From: an uncultured Actinomycetes bacterium
GTDB taxonomy: Bacteria; SZUA-79; Acidulodesulfobacterales; Acidulodesulfobacteraceae
Direction of reading: 5' to 3'
Length of the DNA: 64,000 nt
NCBI GenBank assembly: GCA_964631685.1
Contig: CAZVZU010000005.1
Span: 77,079 to 141,078 of the forward strand
Made by a program: the position numbers and the translations under genes. A model generated the notes under the pieces. It saw only the letters and a list, made by a program, of their open reading frames with translations, searched no databases and had not been told where the DNA came from. Below are positions 37,026 through 46,507 of this stretch, piece after piece (position 1 is the first letter of the stretch; the number at the start of each line of letters is the position of its first letter).

Positions 37026-38097
37026 AACTTTTGATTTAATAAAAGAAAAAGTTTATAATGGAACAAGGCTTTCCGCTAACGATGCTTTGTTTCTATTTCG
37101 AAGTCATGATTTGATTGCGCTTGGTGAGCTGGCGAATTTTAGAAACTATCAAATCAATGGGAACAGAGTATATTACATAGTGAATATTCATATAAATTAT
37201 ACCAATATATGTGTGAACGGGTGTGTTTTTTGTGCCTTTTACAGGAAGGAAAAAGAGATAGATGCATACACTATGGACATTGAAGAGATAATACGCTACA
37301 TAAGAATAAATTACCAGACCAATAATTTTAAAGAAGTTCATATCGTCGGGGGCCTCCACCCCTCGCTTCCGTACAATTTTTATATTGATATGATTCGTAG
37401 AATTAAAGACGAATTTCCTGCCCTCCTTATTCAGGCTTTTACCGTAGTAGAGATAGATTATTTATCTAAAATTTCAGGGTTATCTGTAGAAAAAGTTCTG
37501 CAGGATTTAAAAAATAGTGGCTTAGACAGTATTCCTGGAGGCGGAGCCGAAATATTCAATCCTATTATCAGAAAACGGTTGTGTCCGCAAAAAATTAGTG
37601 GAACACGATGGGTTAAAATACACAAAATGGCGCATAAGCTTGGTATACCTTCCAATGCTTCAATGCTTTATGGAGTGAAAGAAACCTACGAAGACAGGGT
37701 GAACCATTTAGAAACTATAAGAAATGCACAGGACGAGTCTAATGGTTTTAAATCTTTTATTCCATTTGCATTCCAACCTAAAAATACCGCAATTAAAAAT
37801 TCAAATTTAACCTCAGGATGTGATGATTTAAAAGTTATAGCTATATCCAGACTTTTTCTTGATAATTTCAGGCACATAAAAACCTTTTTTGTTAATTTGG
37901 GTATCAATCTTGCGCAGGTATCCCTTTCTTTTGGTGCTGATGACTTTGACGGAACACTAACAGAAGAAAAAATATCACATGATGCTGGTTCTGTAAATCC
38001 CACAGGGCTGAGCGTTAAAAGGGTAAGGAATATTATTAAAGAGACTGGCAAGATTCCGACCGAGAGAGATACTATATATAATGCAGTGTTTAGCTGA
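37009..38097 (+). CDS. mqnE: Aminofutalosine synthase (radical SAM)
   Basis: INYTNICVNGCVFCAF, EVHIVGGLHP, PGGGAEIF, FIPFAF.P.NT, FGADD.DGT..EKI.H.AG, ERDT.Y; context ubiD/ubiA/ubiX. Confidence 0.85.
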   Translation: MIGKNKTFDLIKEKVYNGTRLSANDALFLFRSHDLIALGELANFRNYQINGNRVYYIVNIHINYTNICVNGCVFCAFYRKEKEIDAYTMDIEEIIRYIRINYQTNNFKEVHIVGGLHPSLPYNFYIDMIRRIKDEFPALLIQAFTVVEIDYLSKISGLSVEKVLQDLKNSGLDSIPGGGAEIFNPIIRKRLCPQKISGTRWVKIHKMAHKLGIPSNASMLYGVKETYEDRVNHLETIRNAQDESNGFKSFIPFAFQPKNTAIKNSNLTSGCDDLKVIAISRLFLDNFRHIKTFFVNLGINLAQVSLSFGADDFDGTLTEEKISHDAGSVNPTGLSVKRVRNIIKETGKIPTERDTIYNAVFS

Positions 38098-38138
38098 AAC
38101 GTCAATTAAATTAAAAAATAAAAAAGTTTAAGGAGGTT

Positions 38139-38657
38139 ATGCTCATGTTTAACTTAAACGAAATGAAGTTCAGCGTCAATTCATTTGTTTTTTATCCCAG
38201 CTATGGGGTCGGAGTTATTGAATCTATTTCCGCTCAGAGGATCGGTTCGGCGGACATTTCTTTTTACAATGTTAAAATTTTAGAAAACAACATCAAAATT
38301 ATGGTTCCTATTAAAAATGCGCGCGAGGTGGGGCTTCGTCAATTGATTGGAGAAAATGAAACACAAAAGGTTTTTGAAGTATTAGAGGAAAAATGCATAA
38401 AAAATCCTCTTGCAAGAAAAGAATCATGGAACAAGAGATTTAACGGTTACAATACAAAGCTCTGTTCATCATGTCTTTTTGAGGTCGCCGAGGTTTTAAG
38501 AGATCTTTACACATTAAAAAAAGAAAAAGAGTTATCCTTTGCTGAAAAAAAAATGTTTGAAAAGGCAAAACATTTAATAATTAAAGAGTTATCTACTGTA
38601 ATGCATAGGCCTGAGACCTTCATAGAGAACAAAATACGAAATATATTTATCCAGTGA
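38139..38657 (+). CDS. carD: CarD family transcription regulator
   Basis: YPSYGVG.I, IMVP..VGLR, WNKR, AEVLRDL, LSF.EK. Confidence 0.9.
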   Translation: MLMFNLNEMKFSVNSFVFYPSYGVGVIESISAQRIGSADISFYNVKILENNIKIMVPIKNAREVGLRQLIGENETQKVFEVLEEKCIKNPLARKESWNKRFNGYNTKLCSSCLFEVAEVLRDLYTLKKEKELSFAEKKMFEKAKHLIIKELSTVMHRPETFIENKIRNIFIQ

Positions 38658-38687
38658 TAAAAAAATAGAGAATTATTCCAACATACG

Positions 38688-39761
38688 GTGAACTTAATGA
38701 AAATTTTCAATAGACAACTCATATTTTTTATAAGGCTATTTCTTGTTTTGATTTCAGCAATTCTGGGTTATCTTATAGGTAAAGAGTATTGGCAAAACGA
38801 TCTCTTGTCGTATGTAGGGCTTTTATTCGGTTTTACGATAGGCTTTATCGTTATAATTGTTGAGAGGAGTATGGAGTCCGTTTCTACAAAAAAGATACTG
38901 ACGGGAGGAATAGGGCTTTTTGTAGGTCTTTTTATAATTAACTATGTAACATATAAGCTGTTTAAGGGATTTTTTACCGGCAGTGTTTTGGGGTATGTAA
39001 CTTATGCTTTTGTTAATTTTGTCGCTGGTTACCTCGGGCTTATCATAGGATTAAGGGTAAGTAGTGAGACGGATGTAGGGAGTTTTACTGCTAATAGGCC
39101 GAATGTAAATTCTAATAATGCATTGGATAAACAGGATGAGGTCGATATATGTCCAAATTATAAAATAATTGATACAAGTTCGTTGATAGACGGACGTATT
39201 CTTGACGTAGCGAAAACAGGTTTTATTGATGGAATCCTCCTGATACCTACTTTTATTCTCCACGAACTGCAGCATATTGCAGATTCGCAGGACCCGCTCA
39301 AAAGAGTGAAGGGGAGGAGGGGACTTGATATTCTAAAGGAACTAAGGGAAAATAAGAATATAAATATTGAATTTACTGATATAGATTATCAAAATATAAA
39401 AGAGGTTGATGCGAAATTAATTGTATTTGCGAAGGAGAAAAACGGTAAAATTATTACAACCGATTTTAATTTAAATAAAGTAGCTCAGGTTAGAAATATA
39501 AGCGTTTTAAATATTAATGACCTTGTCAAAGCCCTTCGTCCGATCTTGCTTCCGGGTGAAACGATGACCGTTTTTATAGCCAAGGATGGAAGGGAGAGGA
39601 ATCAGGGCATAGCATATATGGATGATGGAACTATGGTTGTGGTTGAAGATGCAATGAAATTAGTTGGTTCGGAGCTCAAAGTTATGGTTACAAGTGTGCT
39701 TCAAACATCTAGTGGAAGGATGATATTTGCGAAAATCAATCGCGGTTTAGAGCAAAATTAG
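38688..39761 (+). CDS. Membrane PIN/TRAM domain protein (YacL-like)
   Basis: N-terminal TMs; IDTSSLIDGR, ELQ.IADS, GRRGLD, TTDFNLNK, YMDDGTMVVVE, QT.SGRMIF. Confidence 0.9.
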   Translation: MNLMKIFNRQLIFFIRLFLVLISAILGYLIGKEYWQNDLLSYVGLLFGFTIGFIVIIVERSMESVSTKKILTGGIGLFVGLFIINYVTYKLFKGFFTGSVLGYVTYAFVNFVAGYLGLIIGLRVSSETDVGSFTANRPNVNSNNALDKQDEVDICPNYKIIDTSSLIDGRILDVAKTGFIDGILLIPTFILHELQHIADSQDPLKRVKGRRGLDILKELRENKNINIEFTDIDYQNIKEVDAKLIVFAKEKNGKIITTDFNLNKVAQVRNISVLNINDLVKALRPILLPGETMTVFIAKDGRERNQGIAYMDDGTMVVVEDAMKLVGSELKVMVTSVLQTSSGRMIFAKINRGLEQN

Positions 39762-39767
39762 TCTAAT

Positions 39768-41288
39768 CTAATTCAGTTTTAATCTTGCGATGCTTCTTTG
39801 TCTACCCAGGAGGACGGCTGTTTTTATTATAGAAGGTCCGTCCAATTTGCCGGTTAGGGATAGCCTTAGTGCTTTATAGCAATCTCCAGCAGTTTTGTTG
39901 CTCTCTCTGGCAGTTTCTTTTATTATATTTTTTATTGACATTTCATTAAAATCTGCTGTTTTTTCAAGATTTGCCAGTAATAGTTCTCTTAATATTTTTA
40001 GCTTTTCAATGTTATATTTGTTATCGCTGTTACCTTCAACGGCATACATATCTACCTTAAAATCATCAAGGAATATCCTTAATTCCAGTAGTATTTCTTT
40101 TAGGGTCTTAAATTCCTTCTTTAAAAAATCCAGTATCGCCAGCAATACCTCTTCAGGGTAAGATTCCTTAATTTTAGTTATCAAAAGGCTATTATTAGAA
40201 GTATATCCTTTATTAAGGACGTTGAATTTTTTCGTAATAATATCTATTAATTCGATTGCAGGGGTATTAATGAGCCATTTTTCGTTAATGAATTGTAGTT
40301 TTTTTTCGTCAAACATGGCGCTAGAACCCTTTGTCCTGGTAATGTCGAAGTGTAGTGCCATTTCCAATATGCTTGAAAACAACTCTTTTTCAGCAGTGTT
40401 TTTACGAGCAATAAATGTATTTCCAGTTATTGCGAGGCAATTTAGTATAGCATTGGGCAGATAACCCTCATTTCTGTAATAATCCATATTGGATGCTGCA
40501 TCCCTTTTCGACATTATTTTACCATTTTTTCCATATAATAATGAAATGTGTGCAAAATTGGGTATATTTTTTCCCAGAGCATTAAGAAGTAAAATCTGTT
40601 TTGGTGTATTGGAGATATGGTCCTCGCCCCTTATTATATGTGTTATATTTAAGTCGCTGTCGTCAATAGTAGAAGCAAAATTGTATGTAAATCTATCATT
40701 CTCAGTTCTAATAATAAAGTCCCCTATTATTTTAGAGTTAAAAGCAATGGGACCATGTACGATATCGTCTAATACAACGGAATTTAGTCCTATTTTAGCA
40801 ATATTCAAGCGAATAGAAGGGGAAATACCCTTGATCTTAAATTCAGCATGAAGTTTTTCGATCTCAGGCGGCGAAAGGTGTAAGCATTTTGCGTCATAGA
40901 TATACGGTTTTTTAGACCTAATTGCTAATGCTTTTGATTTCAAAATATCTTCTTCAGTGCAGAAGCATTCATATACAAGCCCTTTTTCTCTGAGAATGCT
41001 TAGATAATGTTCATATATAGCTGTTCTTTCCGATTGCCTATAAAATTCATTCCATTCAATGCCCGTCCATTTTAGATCGTTTATGATGGAATCTTCATAT
41101 TTATTACTGCTTCTAACTTTGTCAGTATCATCTATCCTTAAGATAAATTTACCCTTATTTTTTAGGGCAAAAAGATAATTAAACAAGGCGGTCCTAATTC
41201 CCCCTATGTGAATATTACCTGTGGGACTTGGTGCAAAACGGACTCGAACATCAATAGGATCACTTAAAGAATGTTTATTTGTGCACAT
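39768..41288 (-). CDS. gltX: Glutamate--tRNA ligase
   Basis: RFAPSPTG, HIGG, LRIDDTD, RGEDH, MSKR, LR..LTG..GP anticodon domain. Confidence 0.92.
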   Translation of the reverse strand: MCTNKHSLSDPIDVRVRFAPSPTGNIHIGGIRTALFNYLFALKNKGKFILRIDDTDKVRSSNKYEDSIINDLKWTGIEWNEFYRQSERTAIYEHYLSILREKGLVYECFCTEEDILKSKALAIRSKKPYIYDAKCLHLSPPEIEKLHAEFKIKGISPSIRLNIAKIGLNSVVLDDIVHGPIAFNSKIIGDFIIRTENDRFTYNFASTIDDSDLNITHIIRGEDHISNTPKQILLLNALGKNIPNFAHISLLYGKNGKIMSKRDAASNMDYYRNEGYLPNAILNCLAITGNTFIARKNTAEKELFSSILEMALHFDITRTKGSSAMFDEKKLQFINEKWLINTPAIELIDIITKKFNVLNKGYTSNNSLLITKIKESYPEEVLLAILDFLKKEFKTLKEILLELRIFLDDFKVDMYAVEGNSDNKYNIEKLKILRELLLANLEKTADFNEMSIKNIIKETARESNKTAGDCYKALRLSLTGKLDGPSIIKTAVLLGRQRSIARLKLN

Positions 41289-41607
41289 GTTGTGTCGAAG
41301 AATTATTTATTATTCGTTGATTAAGGTTGAGTGTATGAATGACTTCTCTTAAATATTTTATTCCGTTGAACCATTTTAATCGTTGTTTTTTATTCATTTT
41401 GGAAACAAGATCAACCATATAGTGACAATCCATACAGTTATTTTTAATGCTGTCCCTATTTACGATTTTAATTATGGAATGGGCTTTTTGTTTATCTTTC
41501 TTAGTAAGAAGTTGTTCCGATGAGGGGGCGCTACCGCAATAGCCAAAACCGTAAACAACTTGCGGGACTAATAAGATTATAATAACTAATGCCGATAATT
41601 TTTTCAT
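41275..41607 (-). CDS. Small exported protein with a single CxxCH motif (putative monoheme cytochrome c)
   Basis: AAGGAGG RBS; MKK-hydrophobic signal peptide; CMDCH motif. Confidence 0.55.
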   Translation of the reverse strand: MKKLSALVIIILLVPQVVYGFGYCGSAPSSEQLLTKKDKQKAHSIIKIVNRDSIKNNCMDCHYMVDLVSKMNKKQRLKWFNGIKYLREVIHTLNLNQRIINNSSTQHVHK

Positions 41608-41687
41608 AGCAGTATACCTCCTTATTATTTTGTCACTCTAATGATTATCACACTGTTTCCTGAAAAAGTAAATGACGGATGTAAATT

Positions 41688-42431
41688 TTATTTAAATTTA
41701 TCGCAAAGTAAACCTGCAATTTCAATGTCCAAGGCAGATGTTATTTTTATATTGAAGTCCGTCGATATTATCGGCACGACCGGCATATCTAAATTTTCAA
41801 CTAGAGATATGTCATCGGTTGATACAAAGTTGGTTTCTAGCGCTACTTTGAGAGCATTTTTCATGATATCAAATCTAAATACTTGAGGAGTTTTTGCAGA
41901 TATTAATCTATCTCTCCTAAGTGTCTTTAACCTCAGAGGCTCTGATGATATTGATTTATTGAGATCTATCTCTTTAATGGTGTCGGTTGCCAGCGAACAT
42001 AAAAATGCAACGCCATGAGCAGCCGTTTTATCTAGCAATAGGCTTAATTCTTTATCTTTTATAAACGGTCTTGCAGAGTCATGTATAAAGACTATTGTAT
42101 CTTTTACTTCGGATGCGGGCAAAATACTTTCCAGATATTTTATAGAGTGATTGACGGAATCTTGTCTTGTTGCACCCCCAGTAATTATGTGCAATTTGTC
42201 TATATTTTCATCTGTAATATTATTTTTGAAGAAATTACCCCAGTTAAACTCAAAGACGGATGGAGGGGGAGTTGTTATGATAACGGCTTCGAAATCAATG
42301 CTTGACCTTGTGAATATTTCAAGGCTGCGCAGTATGATTTCCTTGCCTTTAATTTTCACAAGCTGTTTAGGAATGGAGATGCCCATGCGCGAACCTATAC
42401 CTGCAGCGAGCAATATTGCGTATATTTTCAT
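41688..42431 (-). CDS. ispD: MEP cytidylyltransferase
   Basis: LAAGIGSRM..PKQ, GGATRQDSV, IHDSARP, TPQVF, TDD, NIKIT. Confidence 0.93.
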   Translation of the reverse strand: MKIYAILLAAGIGSRMGISIPKQLVKIKGKEIILRSLEIFTRSSIDFEAVIITTPPPSVFEFNWGNFFKNNITDENIDKLHIITGGATRQDSVNHSIKYLESILPASEVKDTIVFIHDSARPFIKDKELSLLLDKTAAHGVAFLCSLATDTIKEIDLNKSISSEPLRLKTLRRDRLISAKTPQVFRFDIMKNALKVALETNFVSTDDISLVENLDMPVVPIISTDFNIKITSALDIEIAGLLCDKFK

Positions 42432-42452
42432 TTTTTATTCATCTAATTTAAG

Positions 42453-42956
42453 TTATTCTGCAGATAGCAGGCAGACGCTAAAACATTCTATTGCTTTTTG
42501 TTTTCCTACGGAGTCAAGCCCTTCTTTGGTTTTCCCCTTAATATTAATGCAATGCTTATCAACATTAAGCGCAGCGGACACCGATTCAACCATTTGTTCT
42601 TTGTATGCGGATATCTTGGGTGTTTGGGTTATAATGGTTATGTCTGCGTTTACCAACGCATACCCCTTTTCTTGCACTAAATTGTAAACATACTGAATAA
42701 TGTCAATGCTGCTGATTCCTTTTGTCGACTCAAGATTGTTGGGATAAAGACTACCTATATCAGGGAGACATAAAGCGCCGAGTAAAGCATCCGTAAAGGA
42801 ATGAAGAACAACATCTCCGTCGGAGTGGGCGGCCACGCCCATGTGCCCTTCGATTAATATGCCGCCGAGATAAAGCCTTTTAACTGCATTTTCGAAGAGT
42901 GTAATCTCTAAAAACTTATGAATATCATAACCGCTTCCTATCCGTATATCGTTCAT
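42453..42956 (-). CDS. ispF: MECDP synthase
   Basis: RIGSGYDIH, HSDGDV..H..DALLGA..DIG, N.KGKT.EGL. Confidence 0.93.
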   Translation of the reverse strand: MNDIRIGSGYDIHKFLEITLFENAVKRLYLGGILIEGHMGVAAHSDGDVVLHSFTDALLGALCLPDIGSLYPNNLESTKGISSIDIIQYVYNLVQEKGYALVNADITIITQTPKISAYKEQMVESVSAALNVDKHCINIKGKTKEGLDSVGKQKAIECFSVCLLSAE

Positions 42957-43034
42957 TTTTTATTTATCGGGTATGACTGTTATTGATTTATAAGACATGT
43001 CTTAGATTGTAACAATTTTTATTATTTTAGTAAA

Positions 43035-43063
43035 TTGAAAATGATTTTATATTAAAGTATAAT
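43035..43063 (+). promoter_or_regulatory. Putative sigma70 promoter of pilin cluster
   Basis: TTGAAA(43035)-17 bp-TATAAT(43058). Confidence 0.6.
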
Positions 43064-43109
43064 CCCCTTATAGGCTTCACAGAGTGTATGAAAATTGAAA
43101 TGGTGAGTA

Positions 43110-43631
43110 ATGTTTAAGCACATTATAAGATTAGGCGAGGATGAAAGCGGATTCAGCCTTCTTGAAGTGGTTATTACTATTATTATAATTGGGCTTGCCT
43201 TGAGCGCGATAACGGAAAGTTTTATTGTGGGTTCGGCGAAGAGTGTTAATATTGCAAGTGAAGAAACGGCGATGAATGCGTCGAAGAAAACGATCTCTGA
43301 CTTAGATTACTGCAGAGATGGAGGAACAGTGGGCGGAGTGTGCGTGGCATTCAAAAAAGGATTTTGGAATAATCCTTCTAATTACTATACTACGCCGCAA
43401 GGTCCGACCATCATAAACGGTAGGTGCATTTATCTTAACATAGTTTCAAGTTGTGTTGTTTTTTCTAATAGTAACAATGGAGGAAGTATTAAGGCAGGGA
43501 CTTGCGGGCATTATATTCAAACCGTAGTCAGGACGGGCTGGTTTGCACCGGATGCGAGCGGGCAATGTCCTTCTTCACCCCCGCCAACCTACCCTTTTAT
43601 TACGATTTCTAATATTTATGCAAACTATTAA
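43110..43631 (+). CDS. Type IV minor pilin / pseudopilin (PilV/MshD-like)
   Basis: Class III signal G|FSLLEVVITIIIIGL; Cys-rich globular part. Confidence 0.8.
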   Translation: MFKHIIRLGEDESGFSLLEVVITIIIIGLALSAITESFIVGSAKSVNIASEETAMNASKKTISDLDYCRDGGTVGGVCVAFKKGFWNNPSNYYTTPQGPTIINGRCIYLNIVSSCVVFSNSNNGGSIKAGTCGHYIQTVVRTGWFAPDASGQCPSSPPPTYPFITISNIYANY

Positions 43632-43689
43632 TGATTACTGAGGTTTAATATACCATAACCATTAACTATACCAAAATTAATTATTTTAT

Positions 43690-44223
43690 ATGAATAGGGA
43701 ACATAAAAATAGTGGCGGATTTACCCTAATAGAATTGGTTATGACCATTGTTCTTATGGGCATAATGTCTATTGGATTATATGCAGTCGTAATGTTTGGA
43801 ATAAAAGATTATATAACAAATGAACATTATCTCCATTCCAATAATGCCATGACTTATGCAATCTTGGTGCTTAGGAGAAATTTAACAAATGCGGCTATGC
43901 CGGTGGCATCAATTTCGCCATCAGGGTCGGCATACTGCCCAGTATCCGGTTCCATAAATCCTTATAATACTAGCAATCCAGTAGTCATAGCCAATTTAAA
44001 GAACCAATCTATTGTTTGTGACGGCGCAGGTCAGCCTGCTTGTGATGAGACAATTTTCTATCAAAATATTACGGTCAATAAAACGACGGATCAACAGCTT
44101 GTGGTTTTTTGCGTACATGCAAATAATAAAAAAAACAGTGCATTATATAAAGAGGTCACGAATAGTAATGGGAAGACCATATCAGACCCTATTGCGAATA
44201 ACATTAGCAGTATTAATTTTTAG
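43690..44223 (+). CDS. Type IV minor pilin / pseudopilin (PilW/MshO-like)
   Basis: Class III signal G|FTLIELVMTIVLMGIM. Confidence 0.8.
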   Translation: MNREHKNSGGFTLIELVMTIVLMGIMSIGLYAVVMFGIKDYITNEHYLHSNNAMTYAILVLRRNLTNAAMPVASISPSGSAYCPVSGSINPYNTSNPVVIANLKNQSIVCDGAGQPACDETIFYQNITVNKTTDQQLVVFCVHANNKKNSALYKEVTNSNGKTISDPIANNISSINF

Positions 44224-44419
44224 TGTGGGGGTTATTTTAGGTGGATGCGGGAACCCACCACCACCGCCGCCGCCACCACCACCTACTGCGCATATTTTTG
44301 TTTGTGTCTTAAATAGTCATACCGATGCATATTCGTGTAATGTAAATTTTAAGATAATCGATTCGGCGGGTTATAGTCAAATTGGCGGGGTCTCGGTTAT
44401 TGTTGCAAAGCCAAAATAA
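44168..44419 (+). CDS. Small lipoprotein with 10-Pro tract
   Basis: ATG 44168; signal peptide with LGG-C lipobox, then GN-P10 and a short beta-rich domain with 2 Cys. Confidence 0.6.
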   Translation: MGRPYQTLLRITLAVLIFSVGVILGGCGNPPPPPPPPPPTAHIFVCVLNSHTDAYSCNVNFKIIDSAGYSQIGGVSVIVAKPK

Positions 44420-44479
44420 TAGATTAGTGTATTTATGTAATGTCATAGTATGTAAAGCGGTGATAACAGACTGATATAT

Positions 44480-45037
44480 ATGATAAAATTTTTTAGAGAC
44501 CAGATGATTAATTCCCAAAAAGGTATTTCAATAATTCTGGCAATTATTATTATAATAATGCTAGGGCTTGCCGGCTCTATTTTTGCCTACCTTATAGCAA
44601 GCGGGAGCATCCTTTCGAGATCTAATTTGCTGAGCGAAGAAGCTCAGTACGCGTCAAAATCGGGAATTAGGATAACCTTGTATGAGGTGAAGAACAGTAA
44701 CGGTTCAGGCATCTTTTCATCCGCATGGTTACCCGGCTGCCCAGTAAAGCTCGTGCTTCCACCGGGAGTAAATGGGCGGCCGTCGTCTAATTTACGATAT
44801 ATTTACGGTAACTTACAGGGTAATTTGTCAAGAAGCGTTAACTATACTCCGACATTTTGTTCGGTGGAGGGTAAGTTGAAACGTGCAGGCAAATGCACTT
44901 ACTACATCATTACTTCCAACGGTTTTGCCGGTGGCACAAAAAGGGAGGTCACGGCAGAGGTCGGCGTAAGAGCAAGGAGTAATAAAGAAAAATGCGTCGG
45001 AATCTATGTTGAAAGCGAGTTGCCTAACTCTAATTAA
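44480..45037 (+). CDS. Type IV minor pilin lacking Glu5 (PilX/MshP/GspK-like)
   Basis: QKG|ISIILAIIIIIMLG; A.Y...SG and C-terminal Y.ITS.G..G..KR motifs. Confidence 0.75.
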   Translation: MIKFFRDQMINSQKGISIILAIIIIIMLGLAGSIFAYLIASGSILSRSNLLSEEAQYASKSGIRITLYEVKNSNGSGIFSSAWLPGCPVKLVLPPGVNGRPSSNLRYIYGNLQGNLSRSVNYTPTFCSVEGKLKRAGKCTYYIITSNGFAGGTKREVTAEVGVRARSNKEKCVGIYVESELPNSN

Positions 45038-45081
45038 GAAAGATTATGCGGAATAGGTGAAGCTGACGACTTGTTGCCTTC

Positions 45082-46305
45082 TTATTTTGCAAAAATGCTG
45101 AAAATGACGGTTGTTACGATTATAATGGCGACGACTAGGCCGTAAGCCAAGATAAAGCCTTTGTAGTATAGCATGGCGCCGACTGCAACCGGTCCCAATA
45201 TAAATCCTAAGTCACTAAACGTTCTGTAAACACCTATGGCCTCGTCATAATGATTTTTATCGACATTGTCCATGAGATATAGATTTCTTGCGGGTCCGGA
45301 AAAACCGCTCCCGGCGCTTAAGAGTATAATGGATGCGCCAAATGCAAACAAATTCTTGAAAATTATAAAATATATTATTCCGACTGCGCTTATCATGAAG
45401 GATACAATAATAGATTTTTTTACCCCAATTATATTTATTACCTTGTCGGAATAATATGTGAGTACTATTCCTATTAATGCGGATATAGAAATAAGCAGAC
45501 CTATATTTGCCTTGTTTAAATTCAGGATATCAACGCCTACAAGCGGTACTAGTTCCCTTCTTGAGCCTATTCTAGAAAAGAAAAATGAAAAGGTCAGGAT
45601 GCAAAGGACCATAAAACCGGGATTATATAAGAGCATTAAATATTTTCTTAAGTGCCCTTTATTTTTATTAGGTTTGTCCGCAGATTGAACCGTAGTTTCT
45701 AGTGTTTTAATATTGTTTAAAAATTTCTTATGGTACAAGGCTATCATAAGTGCTATAAACATTATTATTAGATAAAGCAGGAAAGTAGATTTGTCACTAA
45801 ATTCAAAAGCTATAATTGCTCCAAGAAAAGGTGCAGAGCCCATTGAAAGTCTTCTTGCTATCATATATACACTTAATATCTTTCCTCTTTTTTTGTTCTG
45901 ATAGAGATGTTTTGTAAGGATTAGCATTGAGGAAGTATTTATGATGCCCGAGCCGAAGCCTTCGAGAAACCTAAATATAAATAGTTGGTAATATGTCGTT
46001 GAGAGAAAGTAACCTACTGCGCCGATAAAAATAAAAAATATTCCTATGTGGATATATTGAGTTTTAAGCTTACTGCTTATTATACTTATCGGTATATTTA
46101 CCAATATACGCGCAAGTCCGAATGATGCTATTATTAGCCCTATTGTAATTATGCTTGCGCCCAAATGTTTTGCGTAGAGGGGAAGGACAACCGTGTTTAA
46201 TCCTAGTCCAAAGTCCGCAAGTGCAATAGTAGAAAGAATCGCTATTAAAAGCCGTTTTGTGGAGGTCGGCGTTATTTCATCTATGCCGTTGTTATTTGAT
46301 GCCAT
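45082..46305 (-). CDS. MFS transporter (DHA1-like)
   Basis: About 12 TM segments; LPLYA..LGAS, FRFLEGFG, RGK, LGFILGP. Confidence 0.88.
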   Translation of the reverse strand: MASNNNGIDEITPTSTKRLLIAILSTIALADFGLGLNTVVLPLYAKHLGASIITIGLIIASFGLARILVNIPISIISSKLKTQYIHIGIFFIFIGAVGYFLSTTYYQLFIFRFLEGFGSGIINTSSMLILTKHLYQNKKRGKILSVYMIARRLSMGSAPFLGAIIAFEFSDKSTFLLYLIIMFIALMIALYHKKFLNNIKTLETTVQSADKPNKNKGHLRKYLMLLYNPGFMVLCILTFSFFFSRIGSRRELVPLVGVDILNLNKANIGLLISISALIGIVLTYYSDKVINIIGVKKSIIVSFMISAVGIIYFIIFKNLFAFGASIILLSAGSGFSGPARNLYLMDNVDKNHYDEAIGVYRTFSDLGFILGPVAVGAMLYYKGFILAYGLVVAIIIVTTVIFSIFAK

Positions 46306-46313
46306 GAGGGTTC

Positions 46314-46342
46314 ATTCTATAGTATGATGACTTTAAAGTCAA
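46314..46342 (-). promoter_or_regulatory. Sigma70 promoter of MFS gene with palindromic operator
   Basis: Minus strand TTGACT(46342-46337)-17 bp-TAGAAT(46319-46314); palindrome TGACTTTAAAGTCA at 46328-46341. Confidence 0.7.
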
Positions 46343-46392
46343 TTTCATAGGGCGAAGATATGGAAGGGGTATTATTGCGGAAAATTACTAAA

Positions 46393-46438
46393 AACAATAT
46401 TGTTATAGTTGACAAATTTAATATTTAATTGTTATGGT
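46393..46438 (+). promoter_or_regulatory. Putative cas operon promoter
   Basis: TTGACA(46409)-18 bp-TATGGT(46433) with extended TG; palindrome AACAATATTGTT at 46393-46404. Confidence 0.5.
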
Positions 46439-46507
46439 TAAGAACGATGTGTAATGAGACTGTCGCAGTTTGATGTTATATAATGATCGCATAGATAAGG
46501 AGGGTGC

